A stretch of DNA of 63,873 bases, filler included, from Octopus bimaculoides (taxonomy: Eukaryota), in the NCBI RefSeq assembly GCF_001194135.2. It is 4 parts of 3 records of this genome, joined end to end, with 100 filler letters (N's around TTAATTAATTAA, not from the genome) between each part and the next. Parts side by side here need not be neighbours in the genome. Positions count along the whole stretch, not along the records: positions 32,671 to 62,306 come from NC_068982.1; positions 62,407 to 63,873 come from NC_068994.1; 2 more parts are not named here. One strand, written 5' to 3'. Under the pieces are notes generated by a model. The model saw only the letters and a program-made list of their open reading frames with translations, ran no database searches and was not told the DNA's origin. Below are positions 61,698-63,873 of the stretch, piece by piece. The translations under genes and the position numbers were made by a program. Positions within the stretch are counted from its first letter, which is position 1, and every line of letters starts with the position of its first letter.

Positions 61698-62099
61698 TAC
61701 ATTTGATACAAAAATGTACATATGTTTACGTATAAAAAGGTCCAACTTACACAGAAAATAAATGATATCAAGAATTAAAGGGGTTGAATTAAAGTTTTAC
61801 GAATTCAACAGCTGTTTCTGGGGACTTGATGCTCCAAAATAATGATTGTAAATTGATTTCATCATCGGATATTACCAGCCTCCGTCTTCTAAAACCTCAA
61901 ATCCTTGAAGACGGAGGCTGGTATTATCCGATGATGGAATCAATTTGCAATCATTATTTTGGAGCATCAAGTCCCCAGAAACAGCTGTTGGACTCGTAAA
62001 ACTCTTATTCAACCTCTTTAATTCTTGATATCATTTGTATTCTGTATAAGTCAAACCTTTTTTATATATAAACATATGTACATTTTTGTATCAAATGTA
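61698..62099. repeat. 402-bp fold-back element, ~192-bp arms, 17-nt loop, with a hammerhead-like motif in each arm
   Basis: Arms roughly 90% complementary by eye; CCGATGA-TG...CA-GAAAC-AGCT-GTT at 61928-61989 (+) and its mirror on (-). Confidence 0.92.
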
Positions 62100-62406
62100 T
62101 TTAATATTTTTTGTATATCTTCTTGCTTAACTTGCCTATCCTTACATTTACTCCTCTACCTGCTCCAGTTAAAACCTCTTGAGCACTACGAAGTGTATTC
62201 TATACAGAGAGTATCTGCCTCTCATCTCAGGTGGTGCTATTAAGTTAGACATGGCCTGGGCCTATACTGACTGAAACCTATGAAAGTTATATATATATAT
62301 ATATATNNNNNNNNNNNNNNNNNNNNNNNNNNNNNNNNNNNNNNNNNNNNTTAATTAATTAANNNNNNNNNNNNNNNNNNNNNNNNNNNNNNNNNNNNNN
62401 NNNNNN

Positions 62407-62445
<39 letters not shown>

Positions 62446-62624
62446 TTCTTACTTATATAAAGCTTTTTCCATCTCTCCTTTTCTATATCTTGCCTACTTC
62501 TCTCTTTCTCACCCCTTCTCCCTCTAGATTATGTATGTCTCTCTTCCCTTACCTCTCCCCTCTCTCTCTCTCTCTGCTTCTCTACCTATTCCCTTATTCA
62601 TGACAGTAACCCTTTTATATCCAT

Positions 62625-62676
<52 letters not shown>

Positions 62677-63409
62677 TCTCTTTCTCTCTCTCTCCCCCTC
62701 TCTACACCTCAATCTGACCTTTTTCTTATTCTGCTTCTCTCCTTTTCTTTCTCATCCATCTATCTGACCTTTTATCCAAGACCAGATACACATATATACA
62801 AATACACAGATACCTATATATACACAGAAAAATAACCTCGGTTTATATATTATACACACATACACTCACACATACACATAGTTAAAAAAATTGAAATGAG
62901 CTATTAATTGCATTTAGCCTCTTAGTTGGAAGAGAAGCACCAAATTTTACTGGCAGTAATTGTTAGCGACTTGCAATGCAAAGGGGAGATAATTTCAAGG
63001 AATTAAGAATTAATTTCACAAAACTATTAGTTTACATGCAAAGTGAGACCGACAGACATGTTTCAGTACAGTTGATCCTCTTCACAAAGTGTTGTCTACT
63101 CAAGTCAGCTGCATCATTTGACAAAGGTTGTTGTTATTATTTTTTTTAATGCACAGAAAGAGAATTAATTTTTTTTTATAGGATGATATATATATTTATA
63201 TATGTGTATATATTCAAATCAATACCTAATATAGTTAGATACATAGATAGCTAAATATTTTGGTAAGTGCCAAAGCCTGAAACTCTCTGACCTTGGGTCA
63301 CTCTGTTACTTCTGTTATATATATATATGTATATATATGTGTGTGTGTATATATATATATCTGCACTGTGCAGACGTACACTCATGCACACACACACACA
63401 CGTGTGTGT

Positions 63410-63635
63410 ATGTGTGTGTGCCTTCATCTTAACATCACAAACTGATTGTAAGCAAATGCTACTGTCAAACAAGCAGTGTGGTTTGCAATGTTCTGCTTGG
63501 AAGCAGGTGAGGGTTAGCAACAGAAAGAGCATCCAGCCATTGAAACTCTGCTCCAGCAGACTCTGTCAGACTCACGCAAGCATGGCAGAATGAACATTGA
63601 AAGAATGCCGCTGATGATGATGATGATGATGTTGT
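63410..63635 (+). mobile_element. SINE 3' part with an RTE-like (GAT)n tail
   Basis: GGTTAGCAACAGAAAGAGCATCCAGCC ... AGCATGG ... (GAT)n; a matching tail is seen at 14961-14993. Confidence 0.6.
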
Positions 63636-63873
63636 TGAGGAGGAGGTTACAGCACAGTTTCCATATATATATATACGTACATTGCCTATGTAAGTATATA
63701 TATATATATAAAGAGAGAGAGAGAGAGAGAAAGAGATAGCTAGATAGATTTATATGTATATATATATTTATGTGTGTGTGTAAATATATATATGTATATA
63801 TATACATACATATATATGTATATATATATGTATATATATATATACATATATATGTATGTATATATATACTTAT

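Overview
AT-rich, microsatellite-dense eukaryotic genomic DNA with 15 N-gaps. The repeat content (tRNA-SINE families, RTE/CR1/R4-type LINE relics, Penelope-like relics, Tc1/mariner and hAT fossils) looks like a cephalopod, probably Octopus; this is an inference from repeat sequence and was not checked by a search. I found no host protein-coding exon that I can support. The long ORFs are microsatellite or gap artefacts, or decayed transposon genes. Two signals stand out. (1) Minimal type-I hammerhead-ribozyme (HHR) motifs of the Penelope-like-element (PLE) kind are dense and diverse. There are several distinct families, two of them in large fold-back palindromes (57.2-57.8 kb, 61.7-62.1 kb), and one is fused behind a tRNA-like B-box and an (AAT)n spacer, suggesting a Pol III SINE with a PLE/HHR tail. 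(2) A composite at 35.1-39.0 kb has two head-to-tail copies of an L1/Tx1-ORF1-like zinc-knuckle gene with no RT. They share a terminal repeat that runs straight into the LTR end, tRNA-Ser PBS and gag of a Mag-type Gypsy element. All alignments and folds were done by eye, and degenerate element boundaries are approximate.
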